Origin: Zancudomyces culisetae HAW-14-8
Lineage: Eukaryota > Fungi > Kickxellomycota
Direction: 5' to 3'
Length of the DNA stretch: 64,000 bases
Assembly: GCA_052426225.1 (NCBI GenBank)
Contig: JBNJNM010000007.1
Location: 1,054,448-1,118,447, forward strand
A program made the translations under genes and the position numbers. The first letter of the stretch is position 1; every line of letters starts with the position of its first letter. A model generated the notes under the pieces. That model was given only the letters and a program-made list of their open reading frames with translations. It was not told the origin of the DNA and searched no databases. Below, piece by piece: positions 23,479-37,629 of the stretch.

Positions 23479-25842
23479 TACAGACATTGTCACAGAATAG
23501 TTCACAATTAAGATCGTCACTAACCGGAGAAAGTGGTTATGATGGTGGTAGCATCCAAGTAATCGACACTGTTTAAATTAGAATTAATGAGTTTTGCTTT
23601 TTTTCAATCATATGCTCCCTTTTTTTAGAATGTATGTATATATTCGCGCAAATAGTAAATAAAAGCTTACGAGTTAATAATGTTGTGTACAGGTATTTCA
23701 TTTACTCGATTTTCCTACAGGGTTTTGCCTATTGCTATATTGTTGTGTCATTTGAAGAAAAGAAGTATTTCTTTTGCTCAGAATGATTTAAATATTATTT
23801 TAAACTTTCTGGTACTAAGCGAAGTGTAAATCTTTATCACACAAAACCTTCAAGCCTTATCTGTACTATTCAATCAATATTCAACATTATCAATTTTAGT
23901 ATAGTAAGATATGGAAATATTGATTTGGAAAAAAACAAATATTATTTGATACTAGCTTTATATTCTTTTTTTCAATCTGTCTCTAAAATAGTTCAATGAT
24001 TCCATTAATTCAGGTATTCATATATATGAGTTGGTTCGTAATAAATATAAATTTAGAAAGGCAAATACTACAATTTTCGTGTAGTTGTCATATCTTTAGA
24101 AAAACGAGTGAGACGCAGGGTGTTGTAAAACATTTCCCTTGGAGTAGTAATTCTTATGAAGCTTTATTTTATGAGACTAAAAAATACGTTTAGATTGATG
24201 TTTTCACAAGCCGAGTTATATAGTTGAATGTTTTATTTGAGCAGGTACAATTGACCTTCAAAAGAGTAGATGAATTAACTAGATTAGAAAGCTGGAAAAA
24301 CTAGTAGCAGAAAATCTAGATTGTTCAGTTCGAATAACTATGCGTCAAGCTCAAAGTAACAATATTGGCGTCGAACCAAGAATATACTGGTATGGGTTCG
24401 ATTAAAATTACTAGCGCTGTTTTTATTTGGTCAAGTTGTACTATTTATAGGCAAATGTTACCCAAGTAAATATTTTTGAAATTGAAATATATTTAGTCGA
24501 ATAAAGTTAAAATCTGGTATTGTTATGCAAACACACAGATACAATTATGCCCAGCCTAGTTCAAACATTGGGAAAAAAATAGAAAAAATGAATATCGGTT
24601 TGTATACAGTTTTTAAATCTGTTTATCCAGTTTTAACAACCTAGTATTGCTATGGTAAGATCGTCAAAAAAACGAGTAATTAGTTAAATATTCTATTAGA
24701 GACATAAAATGGTACTCACATAGTTGCATTCTGGTAGGTGAAATTATTGTTAATATTAAATAAAGATAAAATTTTCATTCATACTTAAGTCTGCTTGATC
24801 CAAGTAAAATTGTCATCCAGTGTTCTTTTATACAGGGTATTCACATCAATACTTCTAACGTTGTAAAACGAGGTCGTGTGATTGTAATCATTCTATGTAT
24901 TTTTGATCTGATTGCAACTTTTTGTCCAATTTTCTGTATTTATACGGTTTCTTACAATGATCAAGTCAGATAAAAAAACCTTATTTTTTTATTGCCCATA
25001 ATAATCTGACAATTGGATCTTGAACATCGAATATGTTGGTGTAAATACATTTTATTGTATTAAGTAATATATAACTAATAATAGCTAGTGGTGTGTATTT
25101 ATAGATTTTTGCAACCTCTGCATAGATTTATCTTTAATTGAGTGTACCAGCGAATTAAACAGATTCGTTTAAACCGGTAATTTTATTAATGTCAACACAG
25201 TAGCATATCCAGAATCTGCCCTCTGACTCAAATAAAAAGCACTTTCTTTTGCAAAATTAATTTGTCGTAATCTATTGCCTCTTCTCAAGAAGCAGGCCTC
25301 AAAAACTAGATATCTATTATCAACAGCTCAATAGTGATAATCTAAATATCTGTGTATTCAAAACTGAATACTCATTCTCAGCGGATTCAAAACTCAGAGA
25401 TAATCCCTTTGATTTTGACCTGTTTATTAGAAATGCGAGCATAAGTAGTGATACTGGATTTGTTTATCTTTTGTGCAAAGATATTCAAAATTTGTTAGTG
25501 CTACCCACCAGATCCTACTTCAATAGTATTGTCATTGGCTGTGAAACTGGGGCCATCACAGATATATTTTAAATGCTATCCAAAGAACATTAACTCAATT
25601 ATCTCTTTCTCTGGCTAGTACTCATACCTATATTACAAAAAATCTACCCAATTACAATAAAAATATTATTTTATCCGTTTTTCTATACCGTGATATTCAT
25701 TTTAACGCAAGTTGAGTTAATTATAAAACGATTTTATTTAAAATCTATTTTTTAGGTAATGTTTTTTTTAAGTTTGTAGCAGAAATTAAAGTACTATGCA
25801 TCTAATGGCCTATTTGGATGAATGAAATCTATAACCTATAAA

Positions 25843-26304
25843 CTAGGTTCTCTTAACCCTGAGCCAAGCGAATGAAATAGCTCTCCTTCCTACAACTTCG
25901 GATATATTGGAAATAGTCTTGGCTGATGATCTACGGACTATCTGACATTTACCAGTACAATCCTTATCCCCGCAAACCAAGATTACTCCCTTTCCTGGTT
26001 TATCCAATCCACTCTTTCGTCCGACCTTGATTGATCCGAATTTTCTTGTGTTGTAGCACTTTCCACGTCTGATACTGCGCTTTTCGTATCTGTTAACAAA
26101 ACCGGCAGCCTTGTACAATCTAACAGTTGTTCTCTTGGCCTTGCAGCGACGATGCATATCGTTGAATTCACAGCCAGAGAGATTGTTGTTGTGTTCGGAA
26201 TTAGCAAGATGATTGTTCTGATTCTGTTGGTTACCGCTCATGTTTACTGCACTGGCTAAGATTGAACCGAAAAGTAAGGCACTGACTAAGACTGACTTGA
26301 ACAT
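25843..26304 (-). CDS. Small secreted Cys-containing beta/gamma-crystallin-like protein, paralog 1
   Basis: Signal peptide; VRLYKAAGF..KCYN..S..CGDKDCTGKC..SFAW. Confidence 0.85.
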   Translation of the reverse strand: MFKSVLVSALLFGSILASAVNMSGNQQNQNNHLANSEHNNNLSGCEFNDMHRRCKAKRTTVRLYKAAGFVNRYEKRSIRRGKCYNTRKFGSIKVGRKSGLDKPGKGVILVCGDKDCTGKCQIVRRSSAKTISNISEVVGRRAISFAWLRVKRT

Positions 26305-28814
26305 TTTAATTTTGTTTGATTTTCTTTGATTTGATTTGGGTTGCTCTGATGTATTTGCTTTTTTCCTGTTTGAATGTTATTGTGTATTTTAAATTATGAG
26401 GAGAGAACCCTACCTCTACACACTTTTGAGTGAGGTGATATTCTGATAGTTTACATTGTTTTCACACTAACACATGATAAAACGAACTCAAATTCTAATA
26501 ATTTGTAAACTTTAATATACAAGTGAAACTCTATTGAAGTAAGTCCAGTTTATTAAAATTGCAGTCTAGAGTAGTAGCAATATCACAATGATATCTTTGA
26601 ACACTCCTATTTTTTGCAATAATACTGCATTCTCGGTCACTTTTTACTTCTAGTTTATTTGAATAAACCCATTTATAAGTTCCAGCAATATCTGTTGTTG
26701 TTGTTAATTGCTATCTTTAGCTGAGCTACACTACTCTAGACATTTCACTAAATTAAAACCATGATGACTGAATGAAAAATCATCAATCGATTTTTTGTAC
26801 TGGCTAAACGTTAACTGGACTTCAAAAAAACCACAAAATAAGGAAAACTCCGGTTATAGAATGAGAGTAGTAGTTAATACTCTGGCTCTTTTCCGTTTGG
26901 TGGAATCTACTCTTTATAATATAATTTTCAATGTTTTATTCATTTTATTATAGCTAGTCTAGAAAGGTGAATTTGTAGATCATTTTTTGTATTAACTTTA
27001 AAAAATAAGATAACCTAGCCAGTTTATTTATTAAAAGTCCAGAGTTACCCTATAAGCAAGAGAATGAAATAAGAAGACTTTCGAGAAAATGGAGCTAGTA
27101 CTTCGATACTCATTTTGGTGGGGTTTCATTTCTACCGCAATATCATTTACTTTGCTACATTGGAGACTATAATCCTACTAGAAAAAAGTAAAAAAAATAA
27201 AAAAAATTAGAAGAGCCGAGATTCAGTTACGTTTAAATGAGTGCTTTTGAATATTCTGGAGAATGCAGGGTGATGAGAGAGCCTTGGCACTAAGTTGGTT
27301 TTTTGTTTAATTAACACTCTTTCATTACGGTTATAAACTTTATTATACTTGATAAATTACATGATGAAGTAGTACTGTTTCTATACCAACTTTTATTTAT
27401 TCTTGCTTAACGCAAGAACCAAAAGTATAATTTTTCGTGTCTATGTATTGCAGTTAAAACAAGTAGAAATAAACACAGAAAACCTAGAAGTTAGAATAGT
27501 GCCAAAGAAAGATAGGAAAACAGTCATTGCTCAGATCTAACTAGCCAATTCAGTAAATATATTCTTGCCAAGTTTATACTGGATGAGTGTAAAAATAACC
27601 TGCTTTCAATGGTAATGAAACGTTGATGAACTCAACCAACTACAAGAAACTAAAAAACATACACTAAAAATTCAGATACATTGAACAAGAAGGATTAGTT
27701 ACCTAAAATCCAGTAAAAGAAGCGGTAATATTTAGATATTATACAAAAAGAAATAAGAAATACGTGGATGTGGTTTACAAAATAATTTGAATATTCGTTT
27801 TAATAGTAGATGGAGATGATAAGATTGAGAATATACCTCTGAGTAATATCAATAGTATGTGTGTAATTTTATTAGTTATTAATCGAACCTTCAAAGCTAA
27901 AAGTTTTAATTTTATTTAAAACGCTGTCGAATTTCACTTTTATTAATATCGTTTTTTTTCTTGGCACTTGGTACACTTGAACTTCTGCAAAAGAAATATT
28001 TTGCCAAGTACTGAACTTAAAATGTTTATTTAATCTAATTGATAATGTTCATAAGTAAAACTAGAAAACTAGGCTAAACTAAACTTTTTGTAAAGTCTGT
28101 CGTTCTATGTGGGTTTAATCTGTTTTTTATATTGTCTTTGGATGAAACGGCCATTTTATAACCAAATTATAAATGTAGGAAAAGAATGTATATTTTATGG
28201 ATATATTTGTTTATTATCGAAAAAAATGAGTCATGTGGAGACCCAAGGTTTCATTTAATAAATATCCATAACAGATATTATAAATAAAGTCACAATAAAT
28301 AAAATGAATAAAAACAAAATATGGAGTCTTGAATGAGGCATATCATTGATAGACTCAATAAAATAATTGTAAAAAACCAACTGTCAACTTCAAGATTGCC
28401 ATTGGGATCACATGTCACGACCAGAAAAAAGCCATTGGAGCCCGAAGTGTAACATGTTTTGCTCACTTTAATCCTGACAGTAAAAGAATGTTTATACAGA
28501 TCTGGGTACACGGAGCAGGAGAGAATCAAGGTTTACAAGGGGTACTAAAAACAAGACCATGAAGTGTAAACCGGCAAATATGAATGAGATGGTCGGTCAG
28601 GCAAAAGAGATTGGAAGCCAACCTATACAAGATCCAGGCAGTGTTGGCACAGCTCATCAATTCAGTCGATGCCATGGTATATGGAATTAGCCAGTAGGAT
28701 TTATTTACATTTTATTTGCGATTATTTTAGCGTGCAACAAATTAATATATCAACATCAAATCTTTTAATCTAGTTTACCTAGCACAAATACCTATTAGGT
28801 AAATTATATCATAG

Positions 28815-29048
28815 CAGAATAAAGATTCCGACACACCAATTTATTATGAAAACTTTCACAATTGCAAGTTGTGTAATGGTGGTTTATTTAGTTTTGACCT
28901 TGTCAGCGACTTACCATGCAAACATGCATTCCATCAAAGTTGTGTGGATTGGTATCTAAATAATGTATCCAAAATGTGTCCAGTTTGCAAGATAGATTTA
29001 AAATATGAGGCAAACATGGTAGTAAACCTACAGTATCCAAAGGTTTAG
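28815..29048 (+). pseudogene. RING-H2 E3 ligase terminal exon; upstream region (~28350-28700) carries stops
   Basis: CKLC-x-LPCKHAFHQSCVDWYL-x-CPVCK after an AG acceptor; not in the ORF track because it has no ATG. Confidence 0.75.
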
Positions 29049-29443
29049 AAAGTATGTGCTGTCTTTTCTTTTATTTAACTTTTCACGTTTAATAAACCAG
29101 AAAACCAGAATTTAAAACCGTTTGATTTTTTTGACTTTTGGATCTTTTAGGGATGTAGTTGATTGTTTATATATATTTATATATATGTAGGTTAGATAAA
29201 TAGGGTTCATGTATTATTTAGAATTAGAAATACACTACAATAGTAGTAAAAATTATGTGATGTAACAAAAAGGTTTTTCCGAAAAAAATATATATAATGT
29301 TACACATCTAAAAAGGGAGATAAAAAGATGCAACTCTGGTACAATATACATTGAGTCGTCTTTTACTGCCAGTATCGAAATAAGACAATGCTAGATTGTG
29401 AATTCTGAGCTAGTGTGTTTTCTTTTTTAAAAATCAAGCCAAA

Positions 29444-30535
29444 TCACGAACTATCTTTGTCCAGCAAGTTACTTAACCGTTCTAATGTCGCCTAAGTATC
29501 ACAATAAACGGTGCACACCAAAAATTTATTTAAGATACTACAGGAAATAAATTGAGGAGAACAAAGTATATATGCTTACCTTCCCCGCCTCTGTTAATTT
29601 ATCGATATCACAAGAATCGGTAAAGTAAGAGGCTTCAGTTTCATTGAGTACTTCTAAAGGTGAAATTTTTAAAACAGACGAATCACCACTATCTGTGTTC
29701 AAGTTGCCTTCTCCTATTGAAGAATCGTTTGTTTTATGAACTAAGGATTCCATCCCATACTCATAATCATACTCAATACCTGAATCTTTTTGGACTTGAC
29801 AAAACTCATCCTTTGGAGCACAAGTATCTGAAAATGCTTGGTTATTCTGGTAATCCAAAAGGTCTTGGGGATCGGAAAAAGATGGTGGAAGAAGGGATAT
29901 TGCTTTGCATAAGGCAGTGTAGAGCTCATCAACTATTATCTGTATTCATTATTTTAGCAATCGAAAGCTCAAACTGTACTTTTCTGCTACTCTGTAAAAA
30001 AAAATTAAAATCGACTGACATAAAAAGTGGACTTACGCTTGTTCAAATCCTGGTGAAAAATAAACAATTCAGAAAATTGAATTTCCTCCTCGAGATTTTG
30101 TTCCCAGGAATCATCCGCACTCTCGTTCTCATTTTATGAGCCATTTAGACTTTCGACATTTATGCTTTCTTTGCTGCCTGAAAGGTGGGAATCCTCTTGA
30201 GAAGCATTGTTAAGAACAGAGAATGGGAATGAGAGCTCTAGTTGTAAATAGATGCAATCACCTAAATTATTTTCGTTCTCGGAATCTACTTTATCCTGTT
30301 TTGATGATTTTGCGTACAAAGCAATAGAGTCGTAGGCAATGCTAAATCCAGAGTTTTGAGCAGCTGAAAAAATAACTAGGTGTGTTGCTGTTATATATAC
30401 AGACAGCGGTTCCTTGGCAATTGTAAACGCTGGTCTTATTCGTACATCACTTAATGAATGCCTGGGCATGTCGCTTTCATTACTTAGGCTACCTGCTATG
30501 AATTCCGGACTATTGTTTTGAATTGTGAACAACAT
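29444..30535 (-). CDS. pICln/Lot5 (Voldacs) protein; exons 30535-30037, 29932-29580, 29491-29444; in-frame TAA at 30136-30134
   Basis: VYITATHLVIF..SGFSIAYDSIALYA..CIYLQL; after the stop, acidic linker and FSELFIF..K|LDELYTALC; terminal LTEAGK|ATLERL; GT-AG introns in phase. Confidence 0.8.
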
Positions 30536-32607
30536 TTTTCCTTTCAGTTTTTCACGTTTTGCAGTATTTTTTGCACCAAACTTGAATATTTGACAAGTTG
30601 ATAATTCAGGAATAAAATAGTTGAATTGAGTGAGTATTTGATGAGGAAAGCGCTAAGCACAATTAAAAATGGTTGATGGAATCCTTCTAGCTTTGATAGC
30701 TCACTTTTAAATCAAACAAAGTAAGCAAGGAATCCCACTAGCTTTGTCAAATCTCGATAAAATAACGAGTCAAAGTTTATTTAAATTAGTTAGACTGCTT
30801 TTCATTTTTCCAAGAAAAAATAATTAAGGCTAACAACTCTGAGAAACGGCGAGTATAGGTTAGTGCTCTTAATCTCAACAGCTTTTACTAGATTTTAAAT
30901 GTGCACTTTAGGTAATATGAGCAATTTTTTGTCTGCTATGGTTGAGAACTTTGGCATTTATTGAAAGAAGCACCAAAGATATATACCACGTTGTTAACAT
31001 TTGGTTTTTATAATAAACTCCAATCTAATTAGTGATAGCAAATAGGGTAAAATGGTTTGATAAATTAATTCTTAATATTTTGTTAATATGTTTTAGCTTT
31101 GATAATAGTAATCTAGAACTAAATAAAAACTATGAAATTAGAAAAGATTAGTTAATGAAATATTATTTAGCATGTTTGAAACTGAGCTACAAACGAATCA
31201 GGTATGTTATTCATATTCAACCTGTGATGATTTTTGAGACTAGCCCTTTTTCTTTGTAGTTTATTTTTTACAATCGATTATTGCATATTTTGGAAAGGCG
31301 TTTTGCCAATCTGTGTATCGTTCACTTTTCAGTTTTGACTTAGGTTATGAAAATTTTGACTACATCCTCTCAACCCTTTGTGACGCCTTTTTTATTATTT
31401 CTTGCAAAAAAATCACCTGTAGATGATTCTAACAAGTCACAAAACTATTTTTAGTCTCATTAAATCCGGCTCTAAATCCTTTTAATTTTACAATCTATCT
31501 AATAAATGTTTTTTGATAATTACTAGACTTTATATCACACCATTCCTTTATAAAAAAAAGCTAAAGATATTAAAACCTGATAATAATAACTATTTTTTCA
31601 ATAGTAGAGACCTCGTCGGTCTCAGCAGCCTTTAAACGACATGAATTATCAGCTAGAATGAAAATTCTGAAACATGAGCTGTCAAGCTTCAGCTGTGCCA
31701 CAAGGGTAATGGAACCTGTCCAAAACGATTGATGAACTGATAAATTATAATTAAATTCACAATGTAGCTTTTTCAGAACTATTGTTTCAATTATCCTAAT
31801 TTAGGTGGTAAGCAGCAAGTCGAAAAACCAAGAGTACAAAAGTTTTTAGATTATTCTTTATTTATACTTTATTATACAATTTTGAATGTGCATGTTATTT
31901 TGGTGAAAAAAACAAGCAAACCAGTTTAATTACACTATTGTGGTATTTTTTCACAATAGCTCATTAATTTTTCGCGCAATTATATTATTTAGCTAATTTA
32001 CATAATATTACATTATAATTTCGGATCTAAAGAAATTAGAAGATCCGAAGCGAAACAAACTTTGTTGATAGTACATAAAAATTGATAATTTTAATATCAA
32101 CATTAAATTAAAAAGATTTGGTCAAAACTCATCCTCACAATCTATTTAGGTAATTTTGGAATCAATAAAAAAATTGTCCGTACACTTATTTATCTTGATT
32201 TGCTTGGTGAATTATATTTTCTTAAAAAAACACCCAAATTAGGTTGGGATGGTATAAAAGTAACAAATAAAGAACGAAATTAAATATTGTGTGTGAATCT
32301 ATGGAACTGATATGAAAACTACACACAACCATTCGAAGGAATTGATGATTGGAAATCATCAAAAAACTCCAATAAGGCAAATGATTTGGGTAAATCAGTA
32401 GTTGGTACTAGTAAAAAAAGAATAAACAAAAAAAAGAAAAATAGTATAAAAGCAGTTGAATATGAAAATTATCAAGTTGTCATTTTAAACAAAAAGGTAT
32501 CCTACTATCTCTATGCTTCAAACCAGAAACATCCTTTTAAATTGAATAAAGTTTTTTTTCCTATAAAGCTTTCTAGTAGATATATAGACAACAGCAATCA
32601 AAGAGAA

Positions 32608-34287
32608 ATGGAAATATCAGTTCTGGGGTTGAGCTTTTACGTACACGACTATATTCTGAGTGTATTATTTTCAATACAGTTTGTTGACGACCTTGTGTTG
32701 TTTGCAACTGAGAGCGAATATAGACACATACTGGCAAATCTTATTTACATACCATTTATGGCATGCGAAATAAAATGGCTGTTAAAATACGTCGTCTCGG
32801 ATCAATGGCTACAAGAAATACTGATTTTTATTAAGAACATGGTTTTATTTTATCTATGTTGTTACCAAATATCGGGAAAAATTCGGAAAGCAGTAAAGGA
32901 ACTAGCCGTGCCCTATGGTTTAAAAAAAGTAAAATGCATAGAGGCAAGTATTAACCGCAGTTCTTCGCAAGGATCCAGAGACAAACGTGAGGTTTACGGG
33001 AAGCACATGAATCAAACTATATGCAGAGTTAATTTGAAAAAGGGAAGATCTGTTTTGGTTGGTGGGCGGTTTTCATCAGAATATGTAAAGCATCCAGAGA
33101 CGATATTCAATAAGAATCGGGCTTTTCTAAGAAACCAACACAAACACACAATATTGACCAGAGGAATGAATGTGAGCGACATCCTATACAGCAGATACTT
33201 GTTACATTTTCTGTCATATGTTGATTTAAAAGAATCGATGGAAGCAATCCAACCGACCCTGGAACAAGTAATTAGAAGAGAAATTATATCATCTGGAAGC
33301 ATGTATAATGGAAATGAGGTTGTGGCTAACAACTTGTATGAAACAGTAAAAAATATGGTTAGATTTGCCGTAGTATTTAGATTTTTTGGCCCATACGCAA
33401 TAAGAGACAAGGAATTGGTTGAAAGCTTGAAAAAAGCGACGATGCCGGTCAATCTTGGAGACGTCAACGATCAAAAATTTTCTTCAGCACTGTTTACTGC
33501 GGGATATTTGGGCAATAACTACTTTTATGAGTATTTTGAACTTGAGTCGAGCCGCAGAAAATACCTTCCCGAATATAGTAAACCAACTGATATAATACAA
33601 TTTTTTACAGACAATTTTAGCATTTTCCAAGCGGAGCTAACAAGCGTTGCGTATTGCATACAGAAAGCTATAGCCATTGGTGTGGAAGTGACATCAAGAC
33701 GAATGTTTAATTTATTTGTAGAGCTTAGTCTGAGGCCTGACGTCTACAAAGATTTGCTACAAGAGCAACAAGATCTAATTGAAAAAAATGGTGGTAACAA
33801 CCATATTCCATTTGAAATGTTGGACGAAATGGTGTACTTGGATGCGTTCATTAAAGAAACGATCAGACTTTCGGGGTCGGATTTATTCATGCCCCGTTGC
33901 ACGACCCAGGAAGTAGTGATGTCTAATGGGGTGACCATTTCTAAACATCAATATGTGAGTTTTAACATTCAGGCGCATAATAGGGATCCCGAAATATTTG
34001 GATCAAATGCGAATGAATTCGACTACAAGCGACACATTCGTCTTGGGCTGAAACTAACAGATGCTTCGCTGGCTAATTTAATGTGGGGTGCTGGAAATCG
34101 GGTCTGTCTAGCAAGAATATATGCAGCTGCGCTTATGAAGCTGATGTTGGCGATGATAATTAGAAAATACGAGGTGCATGCCAATTATGCTGTTAAAAAA
34201 AACAAGCATGGACAATCCGCATTCTCTCACTATACATCCCTTAGCGACTTTTGCATAAACAAGGGGTTGTACTTTAAGATTCGATAA
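32608..34287 (+). CDS. Divergent cytochrome P450
   Basis: K-helix ETIR, HNRDPEIFG..ANEF, heme motif WGAGNRVCLAR, hydrophobic N-terminus. The first ATG is at 32608; the track start at 32386 is a TTG. Confidence 0.85.
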   Translation: MEISVLGLSFYVHDYILSVLFSIQFVDDLVLFATESEYRHILANLIYIPFMACEIKWLLKYVVSDQWLQEILIFIKNMVLFYLCCYQISGKIRKAVKELAVPYGLKKVKCIEASINRSSSQGSRDKREVYGKHMNQTICRVNLKKGRSVLVGGRFSSEYVKHPETIFNKNRAFLRNQHKHTILTRGMNVSDILYSRYLLHFLSYVDLKESMEAIQPTLEQVIRREIISSGSMYNGNEVVANNLYETVKNMVRFAVVFRFFGPYAIRDKELVESLKKATMPVNLGDVNDQKFSSALFTAGYLGNNYFYEYFELESSRRKYLPEYSKPTDIIQFFTDNFSIFQAELTSVAYCIQKAIAIGVEVTSRRMFNLFVELSLRPDVYKDLLQEQQDLIEKNGGNNHIPFEMLDEMVYLDAFIKETIRLSGSDLFMPRCTTQEVVMSNGVTISKHQYVSFNIQAHNRDPEIFGSNANEFDYKRHIRLGLKLTDASLANLMWGAGNRVCLARIYAAALMKLMLAMIIRKYEVHANYAVKKNKHGQSAFSHYTSLSDFCINKGLYFKIR

Positions 34288-36617
34288 TATTTTAGAGTAT
34301 TACATATTGTTTTGTTGCTTTGGTCAATAGTTAATTAAATAAAGTAAAGATAACAATGTTTTTAAACGTTCCAAAAAATAAAAGCAATACAAAGAAGAGG
34401 AAAGTTGAAAAAGAACATTAGCAATATATCCTTGATTTGGTTTTCGTAATACACAGTATTGCTATAGTATTTAACAAAAAATACTCTTGATGTCCTTGAG
34501 GGTTTACTTTAGCTAAACACTAATGTATATAGTCGAGTCAAATGAAAACCTATTACTATTATGCGAACATCCAAATATTAATATTCTCATAAATACTCAT
34601 TATAGTCAAATCAAATTATTATCAGTAACTCAGGAATTATAAAACCAATTTATATACGGCTTAAGTTTATTTTATTTGTTAGGCTAATTTTTTATAAAAC
34701 TGTATTTTTTTGTCTGTCATTTCATACATCATATGAATAAAGATTCTAAAGTTTAATTCGTTTATTATCGATTTGTTGTTTTATCTATTTAAAACAGTAT
34801 CTAGATAAAAATATTCTATATATAATTAGGATGATAGACGTGTAATTGTACTGGTTGTTCGCATAATTATGAAAAATATTTCTATTTAGAGCATTAAAAC
34901 TCACTAATCTAGTATTAATAGTTAAATTTTATAAATGAAAATAACATCAATGTACACTTACAGACTCTAAAAGTTTAAAATTAAAGTTCTAATCATTCGT
35001 TGGTTGTAAACTTAGTACTGAGTAAAATTTAGTTTGCAAATAGTTACTTTCCAAATACATAAAATGCATTTCTCAAATCTTACTAATTTCTTTTGTGGTT
35101 TGACATACAAACATATGTTCAATCTACTCTGATTACTTTTATAGTTTATTAAAGATGTTTTTTGAAATAAAATTGGTATAAATATTATATTCAATCGTTT
35201 ACTATTTAATCCTTATGAGATATAAAACTCAAAAATAAAGTAGATAGATTACTGAATTCAAATTTAGCTAAGACTCAACAAGAAATAATTATTTTTCACT
35301 TACTTGGCGGTATGAGAGTGTGAGAAATAAATCTAGTAAAATATGAAAAAGCTATAGAATAGCACATTTCTATAATTATTTTTTAACTATAATCATAAAA
35401 TTAGTAAACTATCCTGTCAGTGTTAACACGACATAAACGATAGCTGGATTGAGTAAACATTTAACTTTGGCTATTCCGAACAGGTTTTGATAGTCACACC
35501 AATCATCTTAATAATCGAATGTACCAATCAAGTATAAATTTTAGTTTCTATAAATTATGAAAAACCATATTATGAAAACAAATTAAAATATAGAATCATT
35601 TTGAAATGCACCAGCGTATTCGTATCTCCAACTTTTAATTTTTCTTACTAACCATAGTTACAAACTTTTATAAGTTCTTTTTTGAAAAACTGTGCTCAAA
35701 TATAGGTTTTATAGACTAATCACATACAAAAAGCAGTAAATTATAAAAGTTGCTATTGTGACTAGATCATGTTCCGTTGATCCTCTTTACTTTAGAACTC
35801 AAAAGAATAGAAATTTCATATTTTCTTCAAACTCAGCAATTGCGATAGCCAAAAATTATACAAAGCAGATAATATTAACACATAGGTTTAATTAAACTTT
35901 CCTGTTAAGACATGTACACTGTTTGGCTGCCACACTGTCTAGGACGGTGATATACTATTTAAAATTGATCTACATTTTCACACCACTAGGAACAATGAAA
36001 TCCTAGTTATACCATTTATATTCCTCAGCTTCAAATTTTTAATGCCAAACCAATAGAATTTTAGCATATTTTTGAGCTACAATTACTACAAGTTCAGAAA
36101 TGTAACTCCTCATTAAAATATCCTAATATCTCTCATTCTCGACTTGGCCAAGAAATTTCAAATTGGATTAACGAAATTGTTCACCTTGAGATGTTAGTAT
36201 TTAATGAAATTTTATAGCACTGGTTCAGGGGCTATTTCAACTATTTTACTGGACTTTTTAATATGCTGTACTTTTATTATTGATTTTTCAGTCTCGTCTT
36301 TAGATCTAGTATTTTTTGCTTATTCATAATTAATATTTTTACTAGAGTAAACAAACGTATTTCTTAAATATTGAAATATGAATACTAGATTCTCAGGAAC
36401 GCTCAGATTTATGTCCTTACTTTAGCTATTTTTCATGTAAAACAGTATGTTTTTAATCAAGTAATTTAAATAAGATTTTTACAACGACCCGTTTGTGTTT
36501 AGTTTCAAAAAAGTATAAATAGCGATATTACTACTTCAAGTTTAAATCCATAATAACTAAACGAGACAAGACCAAAATGACCACAAAGTTCATTCCTGAA
36601 AAAGAAAACCTCTAAAA

Positions 36618-37022
36618 ATGCGCGTTTCAAGTTATACATTGGCTATCCAGCTTCTGTCAGCTACTCAAACCCTGCTAGTATCAGGTCATTGCCATCATCA
36701 CCATCATCACCATCATGGGTCCTCTCGACCAACCTTACACGTTAAAGTATTCTCAGGCTACCGCTTTTCAGGAGATGTAATAAGCGACTTCCAAATGAGA
36801 AAACACAAGTGTTATAACATTGAACAGGGCACCTCAGCGCAATTTCTTAATCCCACGGATAGGTCAGGAGGAATGTTAGTATGCAGAGAAAACGACTGTA
36901 GAGGTGTGTGTACAGTAAATACCAGGTTTTTACAAACTGGTATGTGGAATTTCCCAGAAGATCTCAAGTCTGGTCCACTTTCAATTAAATGGGTGTCAAT
37001 GGGTACTGCCCCCAACGAGTAA
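36618..37022 (+). CDS. Small secreted beta/gamma-crystallin-like protein with His tract, paralog 2
   Basis: Signal peptide, HCHHHHHHH, VKVFSGYRFSG..KCYN..S..CRENDCRGVC..SIKW. Confidence 0.88.
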   Translation: MRVSSYTLAIQLLSATQTLLVSGHCHHHHHHHHGSSRPTLHVKVFSGYRFSGDVISDFQMRKHKCYNIEQGTSAQFLNPTDRSGGMLVCRENDCRGVCTVNTRFLQTGMWNFPEDLKSGPLSIKWVSMGTAPNE

Positions 37023-37629
37023 TCTTTAATACTCCTTTATAAGAAACAATAAATCACTTTAGAGTCAAGTTTAGTGAATGAAAATATTATTTTTCTAGTC
37101 TTAAAAAGCTGAGATTAATTAAAGTATCCAATCTTTGCATAAATAAATTACAATATTCTACTTTAAAGCGAAACCAAAATGATCTACAAGCTTTAATATT
37201 TACGTATATTTTAGTTGATAGTATATTTTAATGTCACAACAAGTATACAAATATTAAAAAGATAGTGGGTAAAAAATTTCATAAAACATAGTATGAAAAG
37301 TCTGTTCCCGCAACTCTAGAGACAGCATACTCACTGGTAATTGATCAGATGATGTATTTTCTGCCTTAGGTAGATCAAAGCCAATTATCTTAATAAACTA
37401 TGTGTACTTTACCAATGATAATATTACTAATTTAATAAACGGAATAAATTGAATACTGGTAATTTAATTGCTATCTAGTAGTAAATTCTAAATTTATAAT
37501 CGATTCATGCAGCAACTTATGTATCTTCATGTATATTGTTCGATATATATTTATTTAAATAATATATAAAGACCCTTAGAATTAGTTAAAGTAACGACTA
37601 AAACCAATAAAGTTTTAAAGACTGGCAAG

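Noticed and set aside
32021-32049. 9-bp inverted repeat TTCGGATCT/AGATCCGAA upstream of the P450
   Set aside because: Isolated, with no further support for function
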